Notes: generated from the letters alone by a model not told the origin. Shown: positions 17,443 through 26,910, counted from the first letter of the stretch. The stretch is DNA of 64,000 nt from Verrucomicrobiia bacterium (GCA_014239365.1 JAAZZB010000033.1:10669-74668), one strand, 5' to 3'. Program-made: numbers and translations.

Positions 17443-19350
17443 ATGACCCTAGAAACGCTAGCCTTAATTCCGTTGTTGCCGTTGGTGGCGGCCGCCATCA
17501 CGAGTGGCGTGCAGTGCGGACGTCGCTCGGCGGGCATCGCCATCGCGGCGATGCTCGGCTCGTGCGTGCTCGCGCTGATGGCGTGCAGCGAGTCGTGGGG
17601 AATGGCGGCGGACACGCACAAAACGTTCGACATCGAATGGCTTACCGTTGGCGGCACCGCGATCAATTTTGGTTTTGTGCTCGATCCCCTCACCGGCGCG
17701 ATGGCCGCAATGGTCACGTTCGTCGGCTTGCTCATTTTCATTTTCTCCTTCGGCTATATGAAGGACGACAAACGGATGGCGCGATTCTTCTGTTACCTTT
17801 CACTGTTCGCCGCCGGAATGCTCGGCCTTGTGTTGGCCAACAGTTTGTTGCTCCTGTTTATGTGCTGGGAAATTGTCGGCGTGGCGTCGTATTTGCTCAT
17901 CAGTTTTTGGAATCATAAACCCGAAGCAGCCGCTGCCGGCAAAAAAGCATTCATCGTCACGCGCATTGGCGATATGGGATTTCTCATCGGCATTTTGTTG
18001 GCCTTCAAATCCACCGGCACATTGATGCTTTATGATGGCGGCGCGGGCCTGTTGGAAACCGGAATGGCCGGCACGGTGTTGGGCTTCAAAACCGCAGCCG
18101 TGGTGAGCTTGCTTTTGTTCTGCGGCGCGGCGGGCAAGTCCGGCCAATTGCCGCTGCACGTGTGGCTGCCGGACGCGATGGAAGGCCCCACGCCCGTGAG
18201 CGCGCTCATCCACGCGGCCACGATGGTGGCGGCGGGCGTGTTCCTCGTGGCGCGCGCGATGCCGATGTTCGTCGATGGCGGCACGCTGCCGGTGGTGGCG
18301 TGGGTGGGCGCGCTCACCGCGTTGGTGGCCGCGTTCATTGCGCTTGGGCAATACGACATCAAACGCATTCTTGCCTACTCCACCGTGAGCCAGCTCGGGC
18401 TGATGATGGTGGGGCTCGGCGTGGGCGGCGTGGCGATTGGGATGTTCCATTTGCTGACGCACGCGTTTTTCAAGGCACTACTTTTTATTGGCGCGGGCAG
18501 TATCATCCACGGTTGCCACGAGGAACAGGACATCCGCAAAATGGGCGGCGTGTGGAAATCGATGCGCATCACCTCCATCGCTTATTTGTGCGGCACGGCG
18601 GCGCTCGTGGCGTTTCCATTTACGAGCGGATTTTTCAGCAAAGACGAAATCCTCGCGGGCGCGTGGGCGGCCCATCGCCCCATCTTTTGGATCGCCGCTT
18701 TCGCCTCACTGCTCACGGCAATTTATATGACCCGCCAATGTTTGTACGTCTTCACCGGCGCGCATCGCGGCGAACACGAGCCACACGAAAGCCCGAAAGT
18801 AATGACCGTGCCGCTCGTCATCCTCGCCGTGGCGGCGCTGGGATTGGGCGCGGTGGCGCGCGAAACCATTTTTGCAAAACTGCCGGGCTCGGCGTTCCCG
18901 CACGAAACCATCGTCATCGTCGTGAGCATCGCCGTGGCGCTCGGCGGCATCCTGATTGGCTGGCTGGTGTACGGCGGGCGCGAGTTGGGCGAAGCACCTG
19001 ATCCGCTGGCGGTTGCGCCGTTGCGCGAGAAGCTTTGGTTCGATGAATTGTACGCCGCCACCGTCGGCCGTCTTTGGAATTTGATGGCCATCATTTGGGA
19101 GCAACTCAACGAGCTGTTGCTCTTCGTGCGCGATATGGCGGTGGCGTTGGCGCGCGCGCTTAGCAGTGCGGTGGCCATTGGCGGTGATCGCCGGTTCATC
19201 GACACGTTTGCCTTTGATGGCTTGTGCGAAAAACTCCGCGACAGCAGTTGGGCGGTCACGCGGCCGCAAAATGGATTTTTGCCAAGCTACCTTCGGCTCA
19301 TCGCATTCGGCGCAGTGGCGCTCGGGTTGCTCTTGTTTTGGATGATATGA
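17443..19350 (+). CDS. nuoL: NADH-quinone oxidoreductase subunit L
   Basis: 635 aa of ND5-type antiporter-like sequence (GKSGQLPLHVWLPDAMEGPTPVSALIHAATMVAAGVFL). A long C-terminal amphipathic segment follows the WFDELY motif. Confidence 0.93.
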   Translation: MTLETLALIPLLPLVAAAITSGVQCGRRSAGIAIAAMLGSCVLALMACSESWGMAADTHKTFDIEWLTVGGTAINFGFVLDPLTGAMAAMVTFVGLLIFIFSFGYMKDDKRMARFFCYLSLFAAGMLGLVLANSLLLLFMCWEIVGVASYLLISFWNHKPEAAAAGKKAFIVTRIGDMGFLIGILLAFKSTGTLMLYDGGAGLLETGMAGTVLGFKTAAVVSLLLFCGAAGKSGQLPLHVWLPDAMEGPTPVSALIHAATMVAAGVFLVARAMPMFVDGGTLPVVAWVGALTALVAAFIALGQYDIKRILAYSTVSQLGLMMVGLGVGGVAIGMFHLLTHAFFKALLFIGAGSIIHGCHEEQDIRKMGGVWKSMRITSIAYLCGTAALVAFPFTSGFFSKDEILAGAWAAHRPIFWIAAFASLLTAIYMTRQCLYVFTGAHRGEHEPHESPKVMTVPLVILAVAALGLGAVARETIFAKLPGSAFPHETIVIVVSIAVALGGILIGWLVYGGRELGEAPDPLAVAPLREKLWFDELYAATVGRLWNLMAIIWEQLNELLLFVRDMAVALARALSSAVAIGGDRRFIDTFAFDGLCEKLRDSSWAVTRPQNGFLPSYLRLIAFGAVALGLLLFWMI

Positions 19351-20786
19351 CTACCGCACTCACATTAGCACCGGTGCTGGCGGCGATTTTAATAATGGCC
19401 CTGCCGGAAGCACGCGCGCGAATGGTCGCGCTCGGCGGCGCGTTGGTGTCGTTGGCGCTGACGGTGTGTATGCTCACGCGGTTTGATCTCGCGGAAACCG
19501 GCATTCAGTTTCAGGAAAAATTTAATTGGATTCCCGCGCTCGGCATTGATTATTTCGTCGGCCTCGATGGCTTGAATGCGCTCGTGCTGTTGCTCGCCGC
19601 GGTGCTCGCGCCGTTGGTGGTGTTGGCTTCGTGGAATCATACCGATCGACCGCGCACGTATTTCGTGCTGATATGTCTGCAACTCACCGGGCTCTTCGGC
19701 ACGTTCACGGCGCTCAACTTTTTCCATTGGTTCCTCTACTGGGAACTGGCTTTGGTTCCGGCATTTTTCCTCATCAAACTTTTTGGCAAAGGCGAGAAAC
19801 GCCATCGCGCGGCGCTGAACTTTTTTCTGTTCACCGTGGTCGGCAGCGTGGCGATGCTGCTCGGCTTCCTGTTTCTGTTTCAGAAAACGGGCACGTTTGA
19901 TTTTATCACGCTGTCGAAAATGGGCGTCGATGTCAGCCCGTGGATTTTCTGCGCAGTGCTCGCGGGCTTGTGGGTGAAGGTGCCGATGGCGCCGCTGCAC
20001 ATTTGGCAGGCCCCCGCGTATGCCGCCGCGCCCGCGCCGGTGGCGATGCTGCTCACGGGCGTGATGAGTAAAATGGGCGTGTACGGTTTCCTGCGATTGG
20101 TGGTGCCGATTTTTCCAGACCATTTGAAGCACTACGCCACGGCGTTGATGGCCTTCGCGTTGGTGACCATTTTGTGGGGCGCATTCCTCGCGCTACGGCA
20201 AACGGATCTCAAGCGGATGCTGGCGTTTTCCTCGTTGAACCACGTGGCCTTTTGCGTGCTCGCCGTGGGCGCGTTGGGGCTGGTGGCGGATGGTGCCAAA
20301 ATCGATGTGCGCGCGCTGGCCACGCAGGGAATTATTTTGCAAATGTTCGCGCACGGCATTGCAGCGGCGGGATTATTTTATCTCGTGGGGTTACTGGAGG
20401 AACGCGGCGGCACGCGCGGCTTGGGCGACTTCGGCGGGCTCAGCTCGGTGACGCCCCGACTTGCGGCGGCGTTTTTCATGCTCACATTCTGTTCGCTCGG
20501 CCTGCCATTTATGGCGGGATTTGCGGCGGAGTTTTTGATTTTCAGTAGCAGCTTCGCCGTGGCGCCGGGCATCACGGCGGTGGCCACGCTGGGGCTTTTG
20601 GCGACGGCGGTGTTTTTGCTGACGATGCTGCAAAAAGTATTCACCGGCCCCACGCCCGAACGGCATCGCGCAATGCCGGATTTGTCTTTGATGGAAACGC
20701 TGATTTTAATTCCGCTGCTCATCCTAGTTTTTTGGGCCGGCATGGCACCGGCCACTTGGTTGCGGTTTAGCGAAATGCTTTTTTAA
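19347..20786 (+). CDS. nuoM: NADH-quinone oxidoreductase subunit M (copy 1)
   Basis: The ATG at 19347 overlaps the nuoL stop. ND4-type motifs are GLDGLNALVLLL, WELALVPAFFLIKLFGKGEKRHRAALNFFLFTVVGSVAMLLG and KVPMAPLHIWQAPAY. Confidence 0.9.
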   Translation: MTTALTLAPVLAAILIMALPEARARMVALGGALVSLALTVCMLTRFDLAETGIQFQEKFNWIPALGIDYFVGLDGLNALVLLLAAVLAPLVVLASWNHTDRPRTYFVLICLQLTGLFGTFTALNFFHWFLYWELALVPAFFLIKLFGKGEKRHRAALNFFLFTVVGSVAMLLGFLFLFQKTGTFDFITLSKMGVDVSPWIFCAVLAGLWVKVPMAPLHIWQAPAYAAAPAPVAMLLTGVMSKMGVYGFLRLVVPIFPDHLKHYATALMAFALVTILWGAFLALRQTDLKRMLAFSSLNHVAFCVLAVGALGLVADGAKIDVRALATQGIILQMFAHGIAAAGLFYLVGLLEERGGTRGLGDFGGLSSVTPRLAAAFFMLTFCSLGLPFMAGFAAEFLIFSSSFAVAPGITAVATLGLLATAVFLLTMLQKVFTGPTPERHRAMPDLSLMETLILIPLLILVFWAGMAPATWLRFSEMLF

Positions 20787-20787
20787 T

Positions 20788-22272
20788 ATGATAGCCCTGC
20801 TCACAGTCATTTTCAGCTTTGTCGGCGCGCTGGTTTGCGGGTTGATGCCGGCGCGTTGGCATCGGGCCATTCGTTGGGTGGCGCTGTCGACAGCGGGGCT
20901 GGGGTTTGCGGCGGCCTTCTGCTGCGCCCTGCGCTACACGGGGCCGGGGATGGAGGATATCATCAGCCGGACTTGGATTCCTTCGATGGGGGTTGGCTTT
21001 ATCACCGGCTTCGATGGGATCAGTTTGCCGTTGCTGTTGGTGACGGGATTGGTGGCGGTGGCGGGTGTGTTGTTCACGTGGAATCTCGATCATCGGGCGG
21101 ATCAATTTTATGCCTTTTACTTCGCGTTGATTGGCGGGGTTTACGGCGTGTTTTTGTCGATGGATTTATTTTTGCTGTTTGTGTTTTATGAAATCGCGAT
21201 TGTGCCAAAATATTTTCTGATCGCAATCTGGGGTGGCGCGAAGCGCGAGTATGCGGCGATGAAACTGGTGATGTATTCCTTCGGCGGCAGCGCGTTGGTG
21301 TTGATCGGAATGCTGGCGCTGTTCTTTGCTTCGGGGCTGAACACTTTCGATTTGCGCGCGCTGATGGAAGTGGATTTTTCCAGCGGATTGCAGGCGGTAG
21401 TGTTTCCGGTGATGTTCGTGGGCTTCGCGATCTTGGCCGGTATGTGGCCGTTCCACACGTGGGCGCCGCAAGGCCACTCGGCTGCGCCCACAGCGGCGAG
21501 TATGCTGCTGGCGGGCGTGGTGATGAAGCTCGGCGCGTACGGTTGCCTGCGCGTGGCGGTGGGCTTGATGCCCGAAGGCGCGATGGTTTGGGCGCCGTGG
21601 GTGGCGGTGTTCGCAGTGATCAACATAATTTACGGAGCGCTGGCGGCGTTGCGACAGGAGGATTTCAAATACGTGATCGGCTATTCCAGCGTGAGCCATA
21701 TGGGCTTTGTGTTGCTCGGCATCGGCACGTTGCATCTCACGGGAATGACGGGCGCGGTGTTGCAAATGTTTTCGCACGGCGTCATCGGCGCGCTGCTCTT
21801 CGCAATGGTGGGCACGGTGATTTACACGCGCACCAAAACGCGGATGCTCGACGAACTGCATCGGTTGATGGAACGGATGCCGGGCATCGCGTGGGTGTTC
21901 ATCGTAGTGGCACTCGCATCGATGGGCTTGCCGGGGTTCAGCGGGTTTGTGTATGAGCTGTACGTGATCCTCGGCGCGTGGGCGGCATTGCCAACTTGGA
22001 TCGTCATCGGCGCGGGCCTCGGGGTGTTTGCAACCTTCGGCTACACGCTGGCAAAAATTCACGAAGCATTTTTCCGCGAGCGGAGCACTGGCGACGATGC
22101 CAGCGATAACAACAACGGAGAAAGCGATGCCGATTATCCGCCAATGACTTTGCCTGAAAAAGCGGGGGTGGCGTTGTTGCTGGGCGCGTCGTTGGTCATC
22201 GGGCTTTGCCCGTGGCTGTTGACCAATCACATCGCCGGTAGCCTGCAACTTTTGCTGAACCGATTTAATTAA
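20788..22272 (+). CDS. Second NuoM-like antiporter subunit (copy 2)
   Basis: 494 aa starting 1 nt after the nuoM stop. ND4-type motifs are GFDGISLPLLLVT, FYEIAIVPKYFLIAIWGGAKREYAAMKLVMYSFGGSALVLIG and WPFHTWAPQGHSAAPTAASMLLAGVVMKLG. It is clearly M-type rather than N- or L-type. Confidence 0.88.
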   Translation: MIALLTVIFSFVGALVCGLMPARWHRAIRWVALSTAGLGFAAAFCCALRYTGPGMEDIISRTWIPSMGVGFITGFDGISLPLLLVTGLVAVAGVLFTWNLDHRADQFYAFYFALIGGVYGVFLSMDLFLLFVFYEIAIVPKYFLIAIWGGAKREYAAMKLVMYSFGGSALVLIGMLALFFASGLNTFDLRALMEVDFSSGLQAVVFPVMFVGFAILAGMWPFHTWAPQGHSAAPTAASMLLAGVVMKLGAYGCLRVAVGLMPEGAMVWAPWVAVFAVINIIYGALAALRQEDFKYVIGYSSVSHMGFVLLGIGTLHLTGMTGAVLQMFSHGVIGALLFAMVGTVIYTRTKTRMLDELHRLMERMPGIAWVFIVVALASMGLPGFSGFVYELYVILGAWAALPTWIVIGAGLGVFATFGYTLAKIHEAFFRERSTGDDASDNNNGESDADYPPMTLPEKAGVALLLGASLVIGLCPWLLTNHIAGSLQLLLNRFN

Positions 22273-22273
22273 A

Positions 22274-23764
22274 ATGGATTACTCCGCAATATTCACCGCG
22301 CTGTTGCCCGACCTATTTGTGGTGGTGGCATTGTTCGCGGCGCTGGGGGTGGACTACACCAAACTGCGCAGCGCGTCATTGGCCGACCGCGCGTGCGCCG
22401 CCTCACGCATTTGCGGCGTGGGGCTAGTGGGCGCATTGGTGGCATTAGCATTTCAGTTGACCGGCAGCCTCGCAGTGGACGGCCACGCGCTGGAAGTGAC
22501 CACGCACGGGCAATTGGTTTTGAACGCCGGCACGTTGGCGCTAAAGGCGCTGTTGTTTTTGCTGGGACTATTGGTGCTGCCGCTGGCGGCGCGAACAATT
22601 TCCACACCGCAAGTGAGCGAATATTTCGCGTTGTTGTTGCTGGCTACTTTGGGGATGGGTTTTATGGTGACGAGCCGCAACCTGCTCGGGGCATTCGTGG
22701 CGTTGGAGTTGGTGAGCTTGAGCCTGTACGCGCTTACGGCGCTGAATTCTGCGCAAAAGGGGTCGGCCAAATCCGCTGAAGCCGCACTTAAATATTTTAC
22801 TTATGGCGGCGTGGCGTCAGCGTTTCTTTTATTTGGCATCAGTTATTTATTTGGCGCATTGGGGCAACTGGATATTACGCAAGCCACACTGGCCGAGGCA
22901 CCGCGATTAGTGGTGGTGGCGTATTTATTTATTTTGGTGGGGCTTGGCTTCAAGCTCGCGCTCGCGCCATTTCATTTGTGGGCGCCGGATGTGTACCAAG
23001 CCGCGCCCACGCCCGCAGCGGCGTGGATTGCCAGCGGCTCAAAAATCGCCGGCGTGGCGTTGTTGCTTGCCTTGCTCGGGCCGGTTTCATTGCCCTCGGC
23101 GCATTCGGCGATCGTGCCGTTGTTGTTATTAATGGCCGTGGCCAGCATGGCGGTGGGCAACCTCGGCGCGTTGCGGCAATCCAATGTCAAACGCCTCCTC
23201 GCCTACAGCGCCATTGCCAATGCCGGATATATTTTGGTGGCCGTCGTGGCCTTCACCGATGACGGCCGTGCGGCGGCACTATTTTATGCGATCGTGTACG
23301 CCGTGGCCACGCTGGGCGCGTTCGCGGTGGTGAGTGTGTGGAACGACCGACTCGGGCGCGAAGCGCTCATCGATGATTTTCGCGGGGCGTGGAAAGCCAG
23401 CCCCGGCCTTTCGCTGGCGTTATTGGTATTTGTGCTGTCGCTCGCGGGCATTCCCCCGCTCGCGGGATTTGTTGGGAAATTTTATTTATTCTTCGCCGCC
23501 ATTCACGCCGCGCCACAAATGGAATATTGGAGTGACGGATTATATTGGCTCGTGGCCGTGGCCCTCGTCTTCAGCGTGGTGGCACTTTATTATTACCTAA
23601 AAATCCTAAAAGCCGTCTTCGTGCGCGAGGAAACCGGTGAGATGGACAACACGCCGGTAGGCTTGCCCGCCTCCGTCGCCATCCTCGTGCTTGCACTGCT
23701 GACGGTAGCACTCGGCGTCTGGCCCGAGCCGGTGGTGGAATATATTCGGTTGTATTTGTTTTAG
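22274..23764 (+). CDS. nuoN: NADH-quinone oxidoreductase subunit N
   Basis: ND2-type motifs are LELVSLSLYALTA, AALKYFTYGGVASAFLLFGISYLFG and LAPFHLWAPDVYQAAPTPAAAWI. The last base of the stop codon is the first base of repeat R1. Confidence 0.9.
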   Translation: MDYSAIFTALLPDLFVVVALFAALGVDYTKLRSASLADRACAASRICGVGLVGALVALAFQLTGSLAVDGHALEVTTHGQLVLNAGTLALKALLFLLGLLVLPLAARTISTPQVSEYFALLLLATLGMGFMVTSRNLLGAFVALELVSLSLYALTALNSAQKGSAKSAEAALKYFTYGGVASAFLLFGISYLFGALGQLDITQATLAEAPRLVVVAYLFILVGLGFKLALAPFHLWAPDVYQAAPTPAAAWIASGSKIAGVALLLALLGPVSLPSAHSAIVPLLLLMAVASMAVGNLGALRQSNVKRLLAYSAIANAGYILVAVVAFTDDGRAAALFYAIVYAVATLGAFAVVSVWNDRLGREALIDDFRGAWKASPGLSLALLVFVLSLAGIPPLAGFVGKFYLFFAAIHAAPQMEYWSDGLYWLVAVALVFSVVALYYYLKILKAVFVREETGEMDNTPVGLPASVAILVLALLTVALGVWPEPVVEYIRLYLF

Positions 23765-23873
23765 GTAGGGCGGTTTCTCCGAAACCGCCTTGGCGCGCTC
23801 GGAGAGCACGCCCTACCTTTCCTACCTTTTGCGTTATCTTTCGCTTAAAGCTCCTTCGTTCACTTCCCATTTC
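23764..23873. repeat. Left direct repeat of the island: R1 copy (23764-23817) plus a duplicated recF 3'-end segment (23841-23872)
   Basis: The R1 part is 53/54 identical to 28013-28066. tcgcttaaagctccttcgttcacttcccattt matches tcgcataacgctccttcattcacttcccattt (28069-28100) at 29 of 32 positions. A 23-nt insert separates the two parts here. Confidence 0.8.
23834..23872 (-). pseudogene. Displaced remnant of the recF 3' end (last 12 codons plus stop)
   Basis: The minus-strand reading gives KWEVNEGALSER*, against the intact recF C-terminus KWEVNEGALCER* at 28062-28100. Nothing recF-like lies upstream of it. Confidence 0.6.
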
Positions 23874-23962
23874 AACACAGTCCTGCCGTGCTGAAATAGG
23901 TGCTATCAATTAAATTGATCGGTTCTATAAATAATTCTAATAGACATTTGTGCGTTTTTCTG

Positions 23963-23990
23963 TTGACGCCCCCTTTGATCCTCGTAGGCT
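23963..23990 (+). promoter_or_regulatory. Possible sigma70-like promoter for the island operon
   Basis: TTGACG (23963-23968), a 16-nt spacer, then TAGGCT (23985-23990), in an AT-rich stretch. It lies only about 7 nt before the ATG at 23997, which would make the mRNA nearly leaderless. This is a weak call. Confidence 0.2.
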
Positions 23991-23996
23991 TTGTAA

Positions 23997-25247
23997 ATGA
24001 AGCCTGCCCACGGCCTGTTATTGACGATTGGATTTGCAGTGGGCACGGGGTTTTCGTATTGGATGCTTGCGGGTTCGGTGACACCGAATCGTTCGATTTC
24101 AGATGGGCCGGATGCGGAGGAAACTATTTCTTTAGTGGAACATCGTTCAGAGCTTCAAGCTGCGCGGGCGCGGGCTAATCGGGTGGAGGTGATCGAAACC
24201 AAAATTTTTGAATCGGTGAATGTGGGTCGATCGCCAGAAGAATTAATTGAAAATCTCAAAACGGTGGAGGCGAACAGCCCGGAATTTATTCAGCGCCGGT
24301 CAGTGCATTATTTGGAAAGCCTGGTGGATTTGGGGCCCAAGTCGGTGGGGCCGATTGGCACGTTTTTGGCAGAACGAGTGGACCGTGAATATCTGACCAC
24401 GCGTCAATCGCTTACCTTGAATGGGCGCCCTGTCAGTGCCGCCGAACAAGTTCGGCGGGCGATCAGTAATCCTTTGCCCAAGCCCAATTTGAATTTCGTT
24501 AGCCCGCCTTCATTGCGGTTGGGTTGTTTCACGGTGCTACTGCAAATCGGCGGGCCGGAAGCGGAAAAGGTGTTATTGGATGTATTGAAAAAAACCGCCA
24601 GCGGCGCGGAGGTTGCGTGGTTGGATGAGATTTTGGATCGACTCAATCCCGGCACGCACCGGGACAAAGTGCTGGAAGCCGCGCGCGCGGTGCTCAAGCT
24701 TGGAAGAGCCACGGATGAGACCAGCCTATTGGATCGGCAATCCAAACGCTATTTGCTTGCCGTGTTGATCCGGCATCGCGATCTGAGCGTGCTCACCCAT
24801 TTTCTGGCAAACCTCGTGGATGCCGAAGGCCGGTTGGATCCGTTGGCGTTCCGTTATCTGCTCGACTCCCAAGTCACGGGAGGCTTGGACACTCTGCGGG
24901 AAGTGTATCGCACGCGTATGACCGATGCCGACGAACGCCGCATAGTTCGCAGCCGACTCTTGCGTTACGTGGGCACGGAACCGGGAATGGACACCTTCTA
25001 CAAAGAGACTTTCCAAGCCGCAATAGCCGGACGCGATGGGATGACCTCGCGCGATGTGAGCACCGCCCTGTTAAGCCTCAGCTTTAGCCCCATCCCCGGC
25101 CAGCGATTATCTAACAATCCAGCCTTGATTCGCAACCGCCTCCATATAATAGATGGGTTGAAACGAATGATCAGTGATCCTCAATTGCAAAAACGAATCC
25201 ACTCCACCGAACGTACCCTGAACCGGATGCTTGAACCCAATCCATAG
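23997..25247 (+). CDS. Full-length member of the recurrent membrane-anchored family (island copy)
   Basis: An N-terminal TM, then HRSELQAARARA, RRSVHYLESLVDLGPKSVGPIGTFLAERVDREY and PPSLRLGCFTVLLQIGGPEAEKVLLDVLKKT. It is collinear with the 57484..58845 product. Confidence 0.75.
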   Translation: MKPAHGLLLTIGFAVGTGFSYWMLAGSVTPNRSISDGPDAEETISLVEHRSELQAARARANRVEVIETKIFESVNVGRSPEELIENLKTVEANSPEFIQRRSVHYLESLVDLGPKSVGPIGTFLAERVDREYLTTRQSLTLNGRPVSAAEQVRRAISNPLPKPNLNFVSPPSLRLGCFTVLLQIGGPEAEKVLLDVLKKTASGAEVAWLDEILDRLNPGTHRDKVLEAARAVLKLGRATDETSLLDRQSKRYLLAVLIRHRDLSVLTHFLANLVDAEGRLDPLAFRYLLDSQVTGGLDTLREVYRTRMTDADERRIVRSRLLRYVGTEPGMDTFYKETFQAAIAGRDGMTSRDVSTALLSLSFSPIPGQRLSNNPALIRNRLHIIDGLKRMISDPQLQKRIHSTERTLNRMLEPNP

Positions 25248-25253
25248 TACATA

Positions 25254-26549
25254 ATGAAACCAAAACAAACACTCCTGAAACTTCTTCTCTTTATCCTGTT
25301 GGCTTTCCCCTCGTTGAGTTGGGCGGCGCATCAGACTGGGTCGGATCAGATGACGCTAGAATCCATCCACGGCTACTGGGCTGCGCAGGGTTCAGCGCCT
25401 GAGGACGGGGAAGTGCGATTTTCTGAGGGGAGCGCGTTCCCCGATTTCAGTGATCCGGATTGGGTTGGGCTGGATTATCCCAATTATCTGGATTGGGTTT
25501 ACGCCACGTATACTCAGGAGGGCGCAACGCTGATCGACATCACCCTTGGGTGTTGGATGAGCCAGGACTGGGAAGAATCCTATCCGAGCTACGCCGAATA
25601 TCTGGCGGCTTGCGATGAAAATGGCCGAAGAGAAACGATGCGTGAAGCGACGGCGGTTTATTTAGACAACACGACATCCGAGTACTACATAAACCAAGCA
25701 GTTGGGCAAACATTCAACCTCATTCACAATGGCGAACTGGCCACCGAACGCGAAGCCGCCGAAATCGCCGGAGCGGCTGAGGAGGGTGGCAGGGGTGGGT
25801 TGCATATTTATGTCAACGAACTTTCCTTTGGCGGGACGGATGCGCTGGGGTGGACGCAGTCCGGCGAATATCAAGGCGCAGATTTTCAAAGTGCTCAATG
25901 GGTCTCAGTGCTTACCCGTGAAGGATTGATTATGGTGGCCACCGCTGGCACCGGCACGGCGGCCTCTGCAGGATCCCGTGCAGCGTTGTACGCCAACCAA
26001 ACTCTGCTGGGATTGGATGCCTTCCGCACGGGGCAAGGGTTGGGAGATGGCCTCAACGAAATGATCGAAACAGGAGGACGATCGGGCGCGGGTACGGTGT
26101 TACTGAGTGCACTAGGAATGAGAAGGCTCCGAATGAATACTAGCTCCGCAGGAGGAACAACATTCAATAGTGCTTTGCGGGGCAACACTCGCAGATCATC
26201 AGAATTCACTACTTGGAATCAGTTTCAGGCGGGAACGAAGGGGCAATTTGCATCGAGGGGTGAAGCTGGGACAGCTTGGTCGATATACAAAAGAGCAAAC
26301 GGAATTATTACAGGAACTGTCCGCAGCTCTGCTGCAAAAAGCCAGTTTCTTCGAGAGTTGGGCAATACTGGCCAAGTGCCGAAATGGATGAATCAGTGGC
26401 TGTCAAAGGGTAAAGTCCCTCCCGGTTACCACGTTGACCACATAAAACCATTATCAACGGGAGGGCTAGACTTGCCAGCAAATATGAGGCTACAAAATAT
26501 CGATTTACATAAAACGCACCATAAATATTATCGCCCATGGGAGAAGTAA
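25254..26549 (+). CDS. Signal-peptide-bearing protein with a C-terminal HNH (beta-beta-alpha-Me) nuclease motif; candidate secreted toxin
   Basis: Signal peptide MKPKQTLLKLLLFILLAFPSLSWA. The last 45 aa or so read PPGYHVDHIKPLSTGGLDLPANMRLQNIDLHKTHH (DH...N...H pattern). A Gly/Ala/Thr-rich linker separates it from an N-terminal region with no domain I recognise. Confidence 0.65.
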   Translation: MKPKQTLLKLLLFILLAFPSLSWAAHQTGSDQMTLESIHGYWAAQGSAPEDGEVRFSEGSAFPDFSDPDWVGLDYPNYLDWVYATYTQEGATLIDITLGCWMSQDWEESYPSYAEYLAACDENGRRETMREATAVYLDNTTSEYYINQAVGQTFNLIHNGELATEREAAEIAGAAEEGGRGGLHIYVNELSFGGTDALGWTQSGEYQGADFQSAQWVSVLTREGLIMVATAGTGTAASAGSRAALYANQTLLGLDAFRTGQGLGDGLNEMIETGGRSGAGTVLLSALGMRRLRMNTSSAGGTTFNSALRGNTRRSSEFTTWNQFQAGTKGQFASRGEAGTAWSIYKRANGIITGTVRSSAAKSQFLRELGNTGQVPKWMNQWLSKGKVPPGYHVDHIKPLSTGGLDLPANMRLQNIDLHKTHHKYYRPWEK

Positions 26550-26550
26550 A

Positions 26551-26910
26551 ATGACAAAAAAAATGCTGGTAAAATATGATCCGGCGAATCCGGAAAAGTC
26601 ATCGTCTGAATTTTTATTCCCAAATCGCAATTCGGGCACGATTGCGCTGTGCAGCATTAAGAACAATGCCCCCTCGGAATTCGGATTGGTGGTTTATACT
26701 GGCAGGGATTTGTCCTCTGCCGATTTGTTTGCAAGAATCATTGAAACTGGGCATGTGATTAAATCTGTTGAACAAATGATGTGTGATCTTAAAATATTTT
26801 TGATAGAAATAAAAAATCAGAAAATCGGAAACGTGGTTGCACTCGATCAGGTGGCCATCAAAGGTGATGCCCTTCGACTACGGAGCGCAAACCTAAGGGC
26901 ATATAAGTAA
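26551..26910 (+). CDS. Small cytoplasmic protein; candidate cognate immunity protein
   Basis: 119 aa with no signal peptide. It starts 1 nt after the stop of the HNH gene (taaaATG). AT-rich, with no recognisable family. Confidence 0.45.
   Translation: MTKKMLVKYDPANPEKSSSEFLFPNRNSGTIALCSIKNNAPSEFGLVVYTGRDLSSADLFARIIETGHVIKSVEQMMCDLKIFLIEIKNQKIGNVVALDQVAIKGDALRLRSANLRAYK

Noticed and set aside
21166-22248. 360-aa minus-strand ORF
   Set aside because: It is antisense to the second nuoM-like gene. The product is H/R/Q-rich and non-membrane-like.
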